From: Thermofilaceae archaeon
Lineage (GTDB): Archaea > Thermoproteota > Thermoprotei > Thermofilales > Thermofilaceae
DNA: 64,000 nt
Assembly: GCA_038861545.1 (NCBI GenBank)
Contig: JAWCCZ010000001.1
Coordinates: 96,001-160,000 of the forward strand
Direction: 5' to 3'
Below are positions 50,408 to 61,699 of this stretch, piece by piece. Each line of letters begins with the position of its first letter. Position 1 is the first letter of the stretch. The notes under the pieces are model-generated. The model made no database searches. It was not told where the DNA came from and saw nothing but the letters and a program-made list of their open reading frames with translations. The position numbers and the translations under genes were made by a program.

Positions 50408-51844
50408 GTGGGCCGGTTAAAGGACAAGTTACTTGGGGTCTTTGACATAGGAAAAACCAATAAAAAGTTCACGTTGTTTACTATGGATTTACACCCCTTA
50501 GAGACGGAGACCACCAGGATAGGTGAGATTAAAATTGGTGACCTTTTATGTGACGATGGAGAATCAGTAGTGCGCTGGGTTAAAGCCGTGTTATCTAAGT
50601 GGATTGGAAAAGTATCTGCTGTAGCTGTTTCGACTCATGGGGCTACTCTAACCTTTGTTGGGGATCAAGGGAAGTTGCTATTGCCTATAATTTCATACAA
50701 CTTTGACCCTGGCGAAGAGATAAAAAAGGAGTTTTATAGAATACACGGATCACCAGAAGAACTTTATATAAGAACCGGCACACCTCCACTTGGACAACTA
50801 CTTAATGCCGGGATTCAAATATTCTGGGTGTCTAAAAAGTTCCCAGAGACTTACAAGCGGGTAAAAAGGGTACTCTTATACCCAGGGTATTTAACAAGAG
50901 TTCTATCCGGATTCGACTCAGTTGAGTTCACATCCTTAGGCTGTCACACATATCTTCTTGGTTTACCTGATATGAAATGGAGTAGCGTAGCTGAGGACCT
51001 TAATGTTCCAGAGCGCTCACCTGAACTGATGAATGTATGGGATATGCTCGGAAAAGCTGAGGGAATAGTTTTCGCTCCGGGCATTCATGATTCGAATGCC
51101 GCGCTGCTTCCCTACCTCTTAGAGTACAGTGGCGATTTCATACTGGCTTCGACGGGTACTTGGTGTGTGCTGATGTATCCGGGAGCTCAATTTACTCCTT
51201 CACGCGACGACCTGTACCGGGATACGCTTTATTACGTCGACGCATTAAAGAGACCAGTTAAGGCTGCAAGGTTTAAGGGAGGTTACGAGTTTAATCACTA
51301 TGTTAACATTATCAGAGAGCGTTTTAACGTAAACCCTTTAAGCTTCAGACTCAACAGGGAGAAAGCATCGGTTCTGCTTAGAAAGAATAGTGTATTTTTC
51401 ATCCCTACACTAACTCCTGGAACTGGGCAATTTCCTTTTTCAAAGCCACGTATAGTCGGTGAAATAGAAGACGCGGAGAGCGCATACTATTATCTTAACC
51501 TTTCTCTTGCCGTTCAAACATGGTATGGTCTGAATCTACTGGCAGGTAAAAGGAATCCCCGAGTATTCGTTCAGGGTGGTTTCGCTAAGAATGACATATA
51601 TCTAGCTTATCTAGCTACTCTTTGGAAGGGGAAAATTATTGTAGCCGAGTATGCTGAAGCCACAAGCTTAGGCACCGCTGTAACAGCCCTTTGCGCACTG
51701 GAAAGCGGCACGGATCCCCGAAAGTTAAGCTTAGGTTTCCCAATGATAAGCGGTGAGGTAGTACAACCCCTCGAGATAGAGGATCGGTATATTGAAGAGT
51801 ACGTGGATAAATTTTTAGCCCTATGTACCTCTGAAGCGTGCTAA
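50408..51844 (+). CDS. FGGY-family carbohydrate kinase (fuculo/rhamnulokinase-like)
   Basis: FDIGKTNKK, STHGA, TSLGCHT, GIHDSNAAL, STGTW, GGFAKN. Confidence 0.88.
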   Translation: MGRLKDKLLGVFDIGKTNKKFTLFTMDLHPLETETTRIGEIKIGDLLCDDGESVVRWVKAVLSKWIGKVSAVAVSTHGATLTFVGDQGKLLLPIISYNFDPGEEIKKEFYRIHGSPEELYIRTGTPPLGQLLNAGIQIFWVSKKFPETYKRVKRVLLYPGYLTRVLSGFDSVEFTSLGCHTYLLGLPDMKWSSVAEDLNVPERSPELMNVWDMLGKAEGIVFAPGIHDSNAALLPYLLEYSGDFILASTGTWCVLMYPGAQFTPSRDDLYRDTLYYVDALKRPVKAARFKGGYEFNHYVNIIRERFNVNPLSFRLNREKASVLLRKNSVFFIPTLTPGTGQFPFSKPRIVGEIEDAESAYYYLNLSLAVQTWYGLNLLAGKRNPRVFVQGGFAKNDIYLAYLATLWKGKIIVAEYAEATSLGTAVTALCALESGTDPRKLSLGFPMISGEVVQPLEIEDRYIEEYVDKFLALCTSEAC

Positions 51845-52690
51845 TTAAATATCTTCAGTAAATTCGTTGCTGTGGAGATGCTGGGGTGTTAACACCTTAA
51901 ACGCTTCAGCGTATTTATAATTTGCTAATTTACCCATTACTCTCATATAAGCCCTAAGTAGTTGCTCAAAAACCGGTGAATTACTCATCTGAGTTTTATG
52001 AGAGATAACAGCTTTCAGCTTCGCATCAATGTAATCGGTCACATCGACGAATGTATTTGGCTTCCTAGTCCAGTAAAAAGCTATGTAGCGGGGGCCATAG
52101 GGGCTTAACCCCTCTTCTAACCCCCCTGGCAGGGAATGGGGTAAAGGTGAAAAGTACGCGGCTTCTGCTGCTAGAAGGCCTGTAGCGCGATGATCCGGAT
52201 GAGCCTCGTAAGTTAGCCATGGGTCCGGCGTCATAATCATATCAGGCTTATACTTCCTTATGAGTCGTATCAACTCCCAGCGGACCTCTAGGGTTGGCAG
52301 AAGTTCAGTATCCCTATAGTTTAACCATATTAGCTCCTTTACTCCTAAAACTCTGGCCGCTTCCTCTTGCTCTTTCCTCCTTAGAGCTGCTAGCTTCTCA
52401 GGCCACATTTTAGGATCAACTGTTCCAAGCCTCCCATCGGTTAATGTAATGTAAATGATGGTTACACCTTTTTTCGCCAGCTTAGCTATAGTGCCGCCAG
52501 CAGCGATATCGGTATCGTCTGGATGAGGTTGAATACACAACACTCTCTGAATAGAGTCAAACGCGTCCTTAATATCTGGTGCGAAAAACTTTACAGCAAA
52601 ATTCCATACTTCATCAGGCTTTAGCGTTTCTATCATTTCTTCGATGTTCACAGACGGTGTAGGCTTTTGCTGCTCAAAAACTTTTGTCAC
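51845..52690 (-). CDS. PIG-L family deacetylase, diacetylchitobiose deacetylase-like
   Basis: CIQPHPDD, GGTIAKL, TDGRLG, RRKEQ, PDPWLTYEAHPDH. Confidence 0.88.
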   Translation of the reverse strand: MTKVFEQQKPTPSVNIEEMIETLKPDEVWNFAVKFFAPDIKDAFDSIQRVLCIQPHPDDTDIAAGGTIAKLAKKGVTIIYITLTDGRLGTVDPKMWPEKLAALRRKEQEEAARVLGVKELIWLNYRDTELLPTLEVRWELIRLIRKYKPDMIMTPDPWLTYEAHPDHRATGLLAAEAAYFSPLPHSLPGGLEEGLSPYGPRYIAFYWTRKPNTFVDVTDYIDAKLKAVISHKTQMSNSPVFEQLLRAYMRVMGKLANYKYAEAFKVLTPQHLHSNEFTEDI

Positions 52691-52741
52691 TACATGGACG
52701 TAGAACCGTTAAGCTTAACCCAGTTAAACAGTAACTATTGT

Positions 52742-53428
52742 GTGAAGGTTTGCGTTCTTTACTCCGGCGGAAAGGACTCCAACCTAGCTTTACTTAAAGC
52801 AAGCGAGCGATACGAGGTTACATGTTTAGTTACGATGATCCCTTTTTCAGTAGAAAACTGGCTATTTCATTATCCCAATGTGCATTTAACAAGTTTTCAA
52901 GCTGAAGCGCTTAGCTTGCCGCTAATTAGTCAACCTTGTCCAGATAATAGAGATGTCAATTTATTAGCATTGGAGAGCGCGATTAGAGTTGCAATGGAAA
53001 CCTATGGTGTGGAGGGAGTGGTGACCGGAGCTGTGAAGTCAATGTACCAGATGAGAAATTTTAGAACCGTTTGCGAGCGTTTAGGTCTTACATGTATAAA
53101 TCCTCTATGGATGAAGAATGAAATATCGCTTCTTCACGAGGTTGTGGAAAGTGGAATCATAGCCATTTTTACAAGAGTTGCAGGCTATCCACTAAATAAG
53201 TCTCTACTGGGAAAACAGATCGATGAAAAAATTATCAAACTTTTTGTTTCGCTAAAGTCATATGTTAACCCCTCAGGCGAGGGGGGAGAGTACGAGACAT
53301 TTGTTCTAGACATGCCGCTTTTCAAAAAACGCATTCAACCACTAAAGTGGAGAATCGAAGGAGACGACTATGATGCTTCCTTATTTATTGAGGAAGCCTT
53401 ACTTATCGATAAAACTATAACTTCTTAA
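52742..53428 (+). CDS. dph6: Diphthine--ammonia ligase
   Basis: [36 protein letters not shown]; start GTG 52742. Confidence 0.9.
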   Translation: MKVCVLYSGGKDSNLALLKASERYEVTCLVTMIPFSVENWLFHYPNVHLTSFQAEALSLPLISQPCPDNRDVNLLALESAIRVAMETYGVEGVVTGAVKSMYQMRNFRTVCERLGLTCINPLWMKNEISLLHEVVESGIIAIFTRVAGYPLNKSLLGKQIDEKIIKLFVSLKSYVNPSGEGGEYETFVLDMPLFKKRIQPLKWRIEGDDYDASLFIEEALLIDKTITS

Positions 53429-54395
53429 CTGGTATATCGATTTTCAATTTCTTGGCAAGTTCCTTATACCTGTTTCTCACTGTGACCTCAGTGACTTGAG
53501 CCGCCCTAGCTACCTCTTTCTGGGTTCTCACTTCACCTCTGCGTAGAGCCGCAATGTAGATAGCAGCAGCGGCTAAGCCGGCTGGGTCTTTCCCAGCGGT
53601 TATTCCAACCTGCTGGGCCTGTTTTAAGATTTCTACTGCATCTCTTACTGTAGCAGCGCTCAGCTTAAGCACGCTGCCTATTCTGGGAGCAAAATCTACT
53701 GGGGTGGGAAGGGGTACTCTAAGCATAGTTTCTCTTAACAGCAGCCTGTAACACCTGGCAACGTCTTTCCTGCCGGACCTGGTATATTTCGCAATTTCAT
53801 CAAGCGTCCTAGGCACTTTCATCTCCCTACAGGCGGCGTATACTGCTGCGGCTACTACGGATTCAATTGACCTACCGCGAACTAAGCCGCTTTCTAACGC
53901 CCGCCTGTAAACCTCCCTAGCTCTATCTAGAACCCTTTTCGGAAGACCTAGCTGAGCGCCTAACCTGTCAAGCTCTTGCTGAGCTTGTCCCAAGTTTCTC
54001 TCAAGGCTTGACTGAGCGCGAGCTCTCATATGCCATCGACGCAACCTGAACATCTCAACCTTTTTTCTCAAGCCCAGCTCGCGGCCCGCGGCATCTTTAC
54101 TCCTCCAATCGATATCCGTCGCTAATGCATCAGGTGTGAATCTTGAAAGAGGAGCGCCAGTTCGGCTACGCTTTTCTCTTTCCTCGCTGTCGAAAGCTCT
54201 CCACTCAGGGCCTTTATCTATTTCCCTTTCACTTATAACATAACCGCAAACTGCGCAAATGACTTCGCCCCTGACCGGATCATAAATGAGTTTGTCACTT
54301 TCACACTGAGGGCAACGTTTGACTTCCTCTATAGGGTAAAGCTTTTTTATAAGCTCTTCACTAAAACTATTATTATTCGAACTCATCGACTCCAC
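53415..54395 (-). CDS. tfb: Transcription initiation factor IIB
   Basis: CPQC...CAVCG Zn ribbon, [38 protein letters not shown]. Confidence 0.97.
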   Translation of the reverse strand: MESMSSNNNSFSEELIKKLYPIEEVKRCPQCESDKLIYDPVRGEVICAVCGYVISEREIDKGPEWRAFDSEEREKRSRTGAPLSRFTPDALATDIDWRSKDAAGRELGLRKKVEMFRLRRWHMRARAQSSLERNLGQAQQELDRLGAQLGLPKRVLDRAREVYRRALESGLVRGRSIESVVAAAVYAACREMKVPRTLDEIAKYTRSGRKDVARCYRLLLRETMLRVPLPTPVDFAPRIGSVLKLSAATVRDAVEILKQAQQVGITAGKDPAGLAAAAIYIAALRRGEVRTQKEVARAAQVTEVTVRNRYKELAKKLKIDIPVKKL

Positions 54396-54475
54396 CCGAA
54401 ATCCTTTTAAAGGCTTTTAAAGCTGATTATTTAAACTTTTTCATGCTTATTTTCAAGTTTTAACTGTATCTAAAT

Positions 54476-54736
54476 TTAAGATCCTTCGAATACTAAGGCA
54501 ACGTTCTCTATTATTCTTAAAACTCTCAACACGTCATCAATCAATACTCTCACTCTAACTACTGGATCATTGCACCAGCAAAACACTTCAGTGGTAATAA
54601 TGTTCGACTCATAAGTTGTAGATACCTTTGAACAGGGTCTCGACTCATTATCAGGGATTAAAGCAGCAGTTATAGACTTTCCCTCCTCTCGCTGAGTAAC
54701 ATGGAGACGAAGAACAATATTAACTGAGGATATCAT
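54476..54736 (-). CDS. pcc1: KEOPS subunit Pcc1
   Basis: ALIPDN and RVLIDDVLR motifs; conserved position after rps15 and the DHH gene. Confidence 0.7.
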   Translation of the reverse strand: MISSVNIVLRLHVTQREEGKSITAALIPDNESRPCSKVSTTYESNIITTEVFCWCNDPVVRVRVLIDDVLRVLRIIENVALVFEGS

Positions 54737-56127
54737 CTTCCACTTACCTCTTTAGAGATTAACGTTAAGAATCGATCCATACTATTTGCCGGTACCGTAG
54801 CACCTCCCGCATTTTCATGACCACCCCCTGTACCTCCTGCTTCGCCGGCGAGTCTTGAGAGGAGCTCGCCAACGTTTAATTTTGTATGTCCGCATTTTCT
54901 TACCGAAACCTTAACTCCTTCCGGCGAGTCAACAAAGACGAACAGTAATTTATCACCTTTTATTGAAAGAGATAAGATGGACGCTATAGCTCCACTTATC
55001 TTCTCATTAAGGAAACTTTTACCCCTTAAATCAGCGATTGCGTAACCAGTGCTCTCTTTAAGCAGGTTTTCCTCTTTCACACACTTGAAAGCTTTAGCCA
55101 ACATAGCTCTATACTGTCCTGCGATTTCAACAGCTCGCAATAATGTTTCTCCCCTTGCACCCAATCCAACAGCTAAAGCCAAGTCGTGAAACCCTAACCT
55201 ACCGCTCGCGTTTAAAAGCTGTGCATACTCCCTAGCATCATGCAGTGGGCTGTCTTCAGGTTCTGAAAGTACAACGTAAGTAGCTCCATATATTCGTTCA
55301 GCCTCAGTAACTGAATAACCCATACCAATAAGTCGTTTTATGAGTTCTGAAGCCAGCTTCTTACGTTCATCAATGTTTAAATCGTTTAAAGTTCTAAATT
55401 TTTCTCCGATTGTAGGTTCGATGCCTATGCTTTTGAGGAACGATAATGCACCCCCCTCGTCTCCCGTGATTCCAGGGAGAAAGGGATCAAGCGTATAGGC
55501 TAGGGACTTAACTAGCGGCCTTTTTACACCAGTGATTCTGAGTTCTATGCGTTCCTCAAGCAATTTAGCGTTAATCCCTTCTCTAACAATTTCCTCATTT
55601 AAACCGGTTAACCTGAACCGCTTACCTACGTCTTGACGATCCCCCAGAGCACCAACCACTGCTAACGGCGCGTATTTTACTGCGCGTTCCCCCTCCAGTT
55701 CTTTAGCTAAGAGATAAGCGAGCCCTGAGCTGCTAATTTCAAATGACCCATTAATCTTGAACCTGTGAGGATTTACCTCGATTACTTCTTCGCTTTTCTC
55801 TTCAGGCAAATGGTGATCAAGCACGAGAACCTTAGTTTTAAGTCTTGAGAAAGCTGGAAGAGCAGAGCTACCCATGTCTAAGGTTAAGATAAGGGGGTAC
55901 CCTTGGGCTACCCTTTCTAAACGCGACAAAGCTGTCTGAGTCGGGTGCTCAAGAATTAACACATGGACAGCAAAGCCCTTAGCGATTAATGTAGAGGTAA
56001 CTATCGAAGCTGCTGAAAGTCCATCCGCATCGTAATGGGAAATTAGCAGAGCGCTTCGCCCCCCCGCGCTTTCTACAACGTCAGCCGCTGTAGAAAGCGC
56101 CTTCTCGAAATCCCTGTAGCTATCCAC
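54733..56127 (-). CDS. DHH-family RecJ-like phosphoesterase
   Basis: SHYDADG, DMGS, LDHH, GALGDRQD, LLNASGR, GGGHENAGGA. Confidence 0.92.
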   Translation of the reverse strand: MDSYRDFEKALSTAADVVESAGGRSALLISHYDADGLSAASIVTSTLIAKGFAVHVLILEHPTQTALSRLERVAQGYPLILTLDMGSSALPAFSRLKTKVLVLDHHLPEEKSEEVIEVNPHRFKINGSFEISSSGLAYLLAKELEGERAVKYAPLAVVGALGDRQDVGKRFRLTGLNEEIVREGINAKLLEERIELRITGVKRPLVKSLAYTLDPFLPGITGDEGGALSFLKSIGIEPTIGEKFRTLNDLNIDERKKLASELIKRLIGMGYSVTEAERIYGATYVVLSEPEDSPLHDAREYAQLLNASGRLGFHDLALAVGLGARGETLLRAVEIAGQYRAMLAKAFKCVKEENLLKESTGYAIADLRGKSFLNEKISGAIASILSLSIKGDKLLFVFVDSPEGVKVSVRKCGHTKLNVGELLSRLAGEAGGTGGGHENAGGATVPANSMDRFLTLISKEVSGR

Positions 56128-56164
56128 GGTAAGGTAAGTACAAAGACCTCTTTAACAGTTTGTC

Positions 56165-56611
56165 TTAGGCAAAGATACTGATTCTCTCCGGTCTGTACTC
56201 CCAATCCGGCGGCAACCTGCCTTTTCTCTTATAGTACTTAGCTAGCCTACGTATCTTGGACTCTATTAGTTGTAATCCCCTTTTCGAGTGGTAATCTTTC
56301 GGGTGTTCCTCTAAATGCCTCCTCACCCTAACAGCTCTTCTCATCAAGTTCATTAAATCCTCGGGGACATCGGGTTCTAAACCTCTCTCCCCGAGGATCC
56401 TCATAATTTTCTTTCCAGTAATTGCTTTGGTTAAGGGTATCCCGTATTGATCTCTAAGCATTAACCCTATCATCGATGAGGAATAACCTTTCCTGTAAAG
56501 CGTTGCTACTAATTCTTCGATTTCTCCAGGCTTAGCCGTAACCCACTGTGGTCTTGCCAGCTTCACTGGTCGGGTTGAGTGGGATCTACCCTTCTCGTGA
56601 CGTTTATTCAC
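56165..56611 (-). CDS. rps15: 30S ribosomal protein S15 (uS15/S13e)
   Basis: [40 protein letters not shown]. Confidence 0.97.
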   Translation of the reverse strand: MNKRHEKGRSHSTRPVKLARPQWVTAKPGEIEELVATLYRKGYSSSMIGLMLRDQYGIPLTKAITGKKIMRILGERGLEPDVPEDLMNLMRRAVRVRRHLEEHPKDYHSKRGLQLIESKIRRLAKYYKRKGRLPPDWEYRPERISIFA

Positions 56612-56632
56612 AAGGGCTGTTAACTACTACTA

Positions 56633-57343
56633 CTAAAAAACTTGCGTTTTCCTTCGCTCGGCTATGTACCTTCCTCGCCTCCTTATTTCTGCCACCTTTA
56701 ATTCAATGGCTTTTCTAGCCGCTTCACCTCTCACTTCCTCGTATCCACGCAAGAAAGCCGAGTAAAGAAGGGGAGATAGTGAAGGGTGAGTGCTTTCAAG
56801 TGAGCGCAACATTAAGTGAACGTCTACTCCTTGTTCTTCAAGGTCGTTGCTAAATGATCCGAGTCCGAAGTCAATCAGGAATGCCTTACCCGATAAGGCT
56901 ATTACATTAGATGTAGTAAGATCCCCATGCACGATTCCTCTGCTATGCAATAGAGCTGTATAGAAACCCAGTCTATTAAATAGAGCATCAGGTTGTTCCA
57001 ATTCAGAGAGAACATCTTTTAGTTTCACACCGGGAATGTAGTCGAATAAAATCAAATACAGCTCTGGATCAACAAAAAGTAGAGAAGGAGTAGGTATACC
57101 TAGCTTTCTAGCTTCGCCTACGAGTTTCGCTTCAAGAACAGTTCTGCTTTCTCTTAAAGCCTTATCCAGCCTTTGCTCCCTATACGGTTTTGGGAGTCTA
57201 TACTTGGCAACAGCATCGAAATGCATCCATTTACATCTTAGGACTATGGCTTCGGCACCTATACCCAATAGTTTGAGAGGTTCAGCACCCATTTCCACTA
57301 GGAGCTTCCAGGTAGTGGCGATAGGCCCTGAAGGATTTTCCAC
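56633..57343 (-). CDS. bud32: KEOPS kinase/ATPase Bud32
   Basis: GAEA, KYRLPKPYR, EAKL, VHGDLTTSN, IDFGL, RRRGRY. Confidence 0.95.
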   Translation of the reverse strand: MENPSGPIATTWKLLVEMGAEPLKLLGIGAEAIVLRCKWMHFDAVAKYRLPKPYREQRLDKALRESRTVLEAKLVGEARKLGIPTPSLLFVDPELYLILFDYIPGVKLKDVLSELEQPDALFNRLGFYTALLHSRGIVHGDLTTSNVIALSGKAFLIDFGLGSFSNDLEEQGVDVHLMLRSLESTHPSLSPLLYSAFLRGYEEVRGEAARKAIELKVAEIRRRGRYIAERRKTQVF

Positions 57344-57434
57344 GCATCCAAGGTATTAAACTTCTATTTTAACCTTCCAAAATATTAAAAAACAAAGTTT
57401 TTTAAAGGGAAAACATTACACGCGCGTACTTTAG

Positions 57435-58025
57435 GTGGACTCAATGTTTAAACTTGTGGAGTGCGAGGGAGTCGTAAGAGTACCGCCCTCTCTCATGAAT
57501 CTTCCCCTTAACGAGGCGGTTCTCCAAGTGCTTAGGAATGAGTATGGGAGTCAAGTACTAAAAGATCTGGGAATTATTATCAGCGTTATAGACGCTAACG
57601 CATCTGAATATGGAGTAATGGTACCAGGCGATGGCGCGCTCTACCATAAAGCACGCTTTACTTTCCTAGTATATCAACCGATGCTCCAGGAAGTTGTCGA
57701 AGGCGAGGTAGCCGTGGTCGAGTCCACGGGCCTACTTGTTAGGCTTGGACCTATTGAAGGCTACATCCATAAAAGCCAGATAATGGATGAGGTAGTCTCG
57801 TACAGCAGGGAGCAAAATGTAGTAATAGGTGAAAAAAGTGGAAAAGTTCTTAGGAAAGGCGACATGGTGAGAGCCAGAATAGTAGGCGTAAGCTATGGTA
57901 GTCGAAAGCAGGCTTTAAGAGTCCAGCTTACAATGAGGCAGTACTGTTTAGGTAAGATAGAATGGATAAAAGAGGAGCTTAATAAAAGGCTAGCTAAAGC
58001 GGAGGCTAAAGGTGGAGAAGGTTGA
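57435..58025 (+). CDS. rpo7: RNA polymerase subunit E' (Rpo7)
   Basis: VRVPP, PGDGA.YH, EVVEG.V, HKSQIMD, LTMRQ..LGK.EW. Confidence 0.95.
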   Translation: MDSMFKLVECEGVVRVPPSLMNLPLNEAVLQVLRNEYGSQVLKDLGIIISVIDANASEYGVMVPGDGALYHKARFTFLVYQPMLQEVVEGEVAVVESTGLLVRLGPIEGYIHKSQIMDEVVSYSREQNVVIGEKSGKVLRKGDMVRARIVGVSYGSRKQALRVQLTMRQYCLGKIEWIKEELNKRLAKAEAKGGEG

Positions 58026-58231
58026 GAAGGAGAAAAGCCCCGCTTAAAGCGTGCATACGATGTAAGGCGCTTTCCCCTCCCGAGGTTCGGGTTTGCCCAA
58101 ACTGTGGATCTAGGGACTTCAGTGACGAGTGGGAGGGTATGGTAATAGTATTCGACGTGGAGAAGTCAGAAGTTGCAAAGAAGCTTAACATATCACAGCC
58201 TGGACGTTACGCAATTAAAGTAAGGGCATGA
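58022..58231 (+). CDS. spt4: Transcription elongation factor Spt4 (RpoE'')
   Basis: KACIRC...CPNCGS..FSDEW.G...SEVAK...PGRYAIKVR. Confidence 0.95.
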   Translation: MRRRKAPLKACIRCKALSPPEVRVCPNCGSRDFSDEWEGMVIVFDVEKSEVAKKLNISQPGRYAIKVRA

Positions 58232-58773
58232 ACCAGTTAAGGCTTAAGAGCGAGTATAGGAATACTCTGCGACTACCTACAGGCTTAGCGTTATACAAAC
58301 CTCCTCAGAAAGCTGTTGAAATACTTAGGGAAGTATCGGAAATATTGAAGCCACCCCTTGTAATTAGCGTTGGCGATGTTGTAACGACTAACCTTTTACT
58401 TGGTGGGCTGAAACCGGCTGTCGCAATTATCGACTTTAAAAGTAAAAGACACGAGTATAACCCGGCATGCTGCACAAAGCTAACTAAAGGTTACATTATC
58501 CTTACGTGTAAGAACGATCCCGGCACTCTTTCGCAGGAGGCTATTAATACGGTTGAAAAGGCTATAAAAGAAGCTATCGAGGGGCGAAACGTGATGGTCA
58601 TTACTAAAGGTGAGGAAGATTTGCTAGCGCTCCCGGCGATTATTACAGCTCCTAAGGGGTCTTTCGTTATATACGGCTTATGGCTTGGAGCAGCGGTAGC
58701 AGTAATAAGCCACCCCCGCATCAGCAGTGCAGTTGAGAGATTCATTAGAATTGCATTCGAGTCCATCTACTAA
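58228..58773 (+). CDS. GTP-dependent dephospho-CoA kinase (DUF359)
   Basis: SVGDVVT, IDFKSKR, N.PG, GEEDLLALP, YG; conserved synteny. Confidence 0.88.
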   Translation: MNQLRLKSEYRNTLRLPTGLALYKPPQKAVEILREVSEILKPPLVISVGDVVTTNLLLGGLKPAVAIIDFKSKRHEYNPACCTKLTKGYIILTCKNDPGTLSQEAINTVEKAIKEAIEGRNVMVITKGEEDLLALPAIITAPKGSFVIYGLWLGAAVAVISHPRISSAVERFIRIAFESIY

Positions 58774-58812
58774 ACGCGCGCTTTTTATAGGGTTGCAGAA
58801 CTGGGGCTCAAC

Positions 58813-59130
58813 GTGGCAAAAGAGATGGATTTGGAGATCCTGGAATCTAGAAACAACCGGCTAGTTGAACGGAAAGAGTTGATTGTAAAAGTTAGTCATT
58901 GGCCTGAAGGCACCCCCTCGAGGCAGCTTATCCGGGAGCGTATAGCTAGAGTCCTAGGTGTAGACCTCGATACAGTATACGTTAGGAAGATAGTAACAGA
59001 GTATGGTTCTTGCGAAAGCTTAGCTAGAGTTCACGTTTACGACACAATAGAGCGAGCATTAAAGTTTGAACCCGTACATATAGTTAAAAAGAACCGAGGT
59101 GAAAGTAAAGGAGGTGAGGGAGGTGGCTAG
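58813..59130 (+). CDS. rps24e: 30S ribosomal protein S24e
   Basis: NRLVERKE, H...TPSR, TEYG, VY, EP.H. Confidence 0.93.
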   Translation: MAKEMDLEILESRNNRLVERKELIVKVSHWPEGTPSRQLIRERIARVLGVDLDTVYVRKIVTEYGSCESLARVHVYDTIERALKFEPVHIVKKNRGESKGGEGGG

Positions 59131-59314
59131 TGTTCACAAAATCTACGAATTTGATTATTCCTCGGGAACGGTGAAGCTGAAGAATAAGAAGTGTCCGCGC
59201 TGTGGCTCCGTAATGGCTTACCATAAACAGCCTGAAGAGCGTTATCACTGCGGTAAATGTGGCTATACAGAGTTCGTCCGCGCGCGGAGGAAAGGTGGCC
59301 GTGGAAAGGGATGA
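59123..59314 (+). CDS. rps27ae: 30S ribosomal protein S27ae
   Basis: [12 protein letters not shown]...[12 protein letters not shown]; GTG 59123 after GGAGGTGA. Confidence 0.95.
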   Translation: MASVHKIYEFDYSSGTVKLKNKKCPRCGSVMAYHKQPEERYHCGKCGYTEFVRARRKGGRGKG

Positions 59315-60296
59315 ACCTCTAGTACTGGGGATTGAGAGTACAGCTCATACGCTTGGGATCGGCGTAGCAACACCTAGAAGTATTCTCGTATCTGCGGACT
59401 CGACTTACCAGCCTCAAGTAGGAGGTATACACCCGAGAGAAGCAGCAGAGCATCACAGCAGAAGCGCTGGGAAAGTCTTAGCGGAGGCTTTAAGGGAAGC
59501 AGGGCTAAAAATAACTGATGTCGACGCCATTGCCGTGGCCCTCGGCCCTGGAATGGGACCATGCTTAAGAGTTGGAGCTACTTTAGCGCGGTATCTCGCG
59601 GTTAAGTTTTCTAAACCTTTAGTACCAGTGAACCACGCAGTAGCCCATGTGGAGGTGGCTAGGCTTTCGACAGGCTTTAGGGATCCTTTAGTGGTCTACA
59701 TCGCTGGGGGGAATACCCTTATCACAACGTTCGTGGAGGGTAAGTATAGGATCTTTGGCGAAACGCTAGATATCCCTTTAGGCAACTGCCTAGATACTTT
59801 CGCGAGGGAAGCTGGGCTCGGTTTTCCGGGAACTCCCAGGGTTGAGGAACTTGCAGCGAAGGGGGGACGATTGCTAGAGTTGCCGTACATAGTTAAAGGG
59901 CAGGATCTCCAATTCTCCGGTCTACTTACGAAAGCTCTTAAACTCCTAAAGGAAGGAGCTAGACTGGAGGACATTTGCTATAGCGTTATAGAAACAGCTT
60001 ATTCCATGCTTGTTGAAGTAGCTGAAAGAGCACTAGCCCTTACTGGGAAAAAGGAGGTTACGCTAACCGGCGGCGTAGCTAGGAGCAGAATCCTCTGCGA
60101 GAAACTCAGGAAGATGAGTGAAGTACACGGAGCAGTGTTCAAGCCCGTGGAGCCCAGGTACGCTGGCGACAACGGAGGTATGATTGCGTACACGGGTGCG
60201 CTTGCCTACTCAAGCGGAGTCACCATAGAAATTGGAGAGAGCCGTGTAAGGCCCATGTGGCGTCTAGACCAAGTTGAAATCCCTTGGCGAGGTTAA
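59301..60296 (+). CDS. kae1: tRNA N6-adenosine threonylcarbamoyltransferase Kae1
   Basis: [51 protein letters not shown]. Confidence 0.97.
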   Translation: MERDEPLVLGIESTAHTLGIGVATPRSILVSADSTYQPQVGGIHPREAAEHHSRSAGKVLAEALREAGLKITDVDAIAVALGPGMGPCLRVGATLARYLAVKFSKPLVPVNHAVAHVEVARLSTGFRDPLVVYIAGGNTLITTFVEGKYRIFGETLDIPLGNCLDTFAREAGLGFPGTPRVEELAAKGGRLLELPYIVKGQDLQFSGLLTKALKLLKEGARLEDICYSVIETAYSMLVEVAERALALTGKKEVTLTGGVARSRILCEKLRKMSEVHGAVFKPVEPRYAGDNGGMIAYTGALAYSSGVTIEIGESRVRPMWRLDQVEIPWRG

Positions 60297-61501
60297 AGCT
60301 CATTCGCGTGTCTGCGAACTTTTTCAATGGCTTCAGCGATGTCATCCATATCTTCTTTTGAGGCTAGGAATACCCACTGCGGGATAGTTATCGCCTCCTC
60401 AATAGCCTTTTCAGCAATAGGGTACCTAACTTTCCTTATGATCCTTCCGAGAGGTCCGGGAGTTAGCGTCATGTTTAATGGCTGATGATCTATTGTAGAG
60501 CAGGGAACTCCTTCAGCCCTCAAAGCTTCAGCTATTCTTTCGACTGTTGCACCTCCAAAGCAATTAATATTCACTTTAAAACAGTACGGCCAAGGTTGAT
60601 GTCTTGTCAATCTCTGGTCGACTTTCACCGGCTTAACGCCATCAATCTCAGTTAACCGCTTAGAAAGGTACTCGCTGTTATTTTGTCTCTTTCTCAACTG
60701 CTCGTCGAATCTCTCAAGCTGAGCAAGCAGGATCGCGGCTTGGAACTGGGTCATCCTGAAGTTAAACCAGTTAATCCAATGGAATACGCCTGCATCGTAA
60801 ATCTCTCCTCGAACTCTGCCGCAATCCTTAATCGCATGACAGCGAGTTGCATACACTTTACTATTGGTAATAATTATTCCCCCCTCTCCTGCTGTCATAA
60901 ACTTCCCCTGCTGAAAACTGAAACAGCCCATATCACCAATTGAGCCAGCAGGTTTACCTCTCCACTCAAAGCCATGTCCTCTCGCGCAGTCCTCTATTAG
61001 GATTAAATTATACTCGTAAGCCAGCTTTGAAAGAGCATCCATGTCTGGAGCGGCACCATAATTGTAGACTGCTACAATAGCTTTCGTGTGCTCGGTTAAG
61101 CATCTTTCCACGTCGTTAACATCCATACAGTAAGTCTCAGGGTCGACATCTACGATAACCACAGTAGCCCCAACCATTAAGGCTGCACTACCTGTTGCAG
61201 AGAAAGTGAGCGCAGGCACTATTACCTCATCTCCAGGGCCTATGCCAGCAGCTAAAAACGCTGTTAAAAGCGCGGCAGTACCGTTAAATACGCAAATACC
61301 GTACCTGCAACCGTGTCGAATAGCGAACGTCTCTTCAAACTTTCGCTCCCAAGGACCACTTTCTCCCACACCTCCGCCCCAGTACCCGCTTTTCAGAACT
61401 TCCTCTATGGCTCTTAGCTCCCTTTCATCATAAACTGGCCAATCAGGCCATTTCTTCCATTTTCTTACAGGCTCCCCGCCTTTAATGGCAAGAGACACCA
61501 T
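60293..61501 (-). CDS. DegT/DnrJ/EryC1/StrS PLP aminotransferase
   Basis: NGTAAL, GPGDEVIVP, IEDCA, FSFQQGKFMTAGEGG, NFRMTQFQAA. Confidence 0.92.
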   Translation of the reverse strand: MVSLAIKGGEPVRKWKKWPDWPVYDERELRAIEEVLKSGYWGGGVGESGPWERKFEETFAIRHGCRYGICVFNGTAALLTAFLAAGIGPGDEVIVPALTFSATGSAALMVGATVVIVDVDPETYCMDVNDVERCLTEHTKAIVAVYNYGAAPDMDALSKLAYEYNLILIEDCARGHGFEWRGKPAGSIGDMGCFSFQQGKFMTAGEGGIIITNSKVYATRCHAIKDCGRVRGEIYDAGVFHWINWFNFRMTQFQAAILLAQLERFDEQLRKRQNNSEYLSKRLTEIDGVKPVKVDQRLTRHQPWPYCFKVNINCFGGATVERIAEALRAEGVPCSTIDHQPLNMTLTPGPLGRIIRKVRYPIAEKAIEEAITIPQWVFLASKEDMDDIAEAIEKVRRHANEL

Positions 61502-61699
61502 AAAAAGACGTTAAGCGGCATGCTAAAGTAGTTTATGTCTGTAAGTAAGTGCCCCATACATTTTCTCTGCTTTAGGGTTTACTGAATGAGTGTCAAAAAC
61601 GTTTTACTAATTATATATCAGCGTGTAAAACTTTTACCATGCACTTAAGGGCGCTGGAAATGTATCTTGACAGGCTTACTTGGTATTATAATTTCACAG

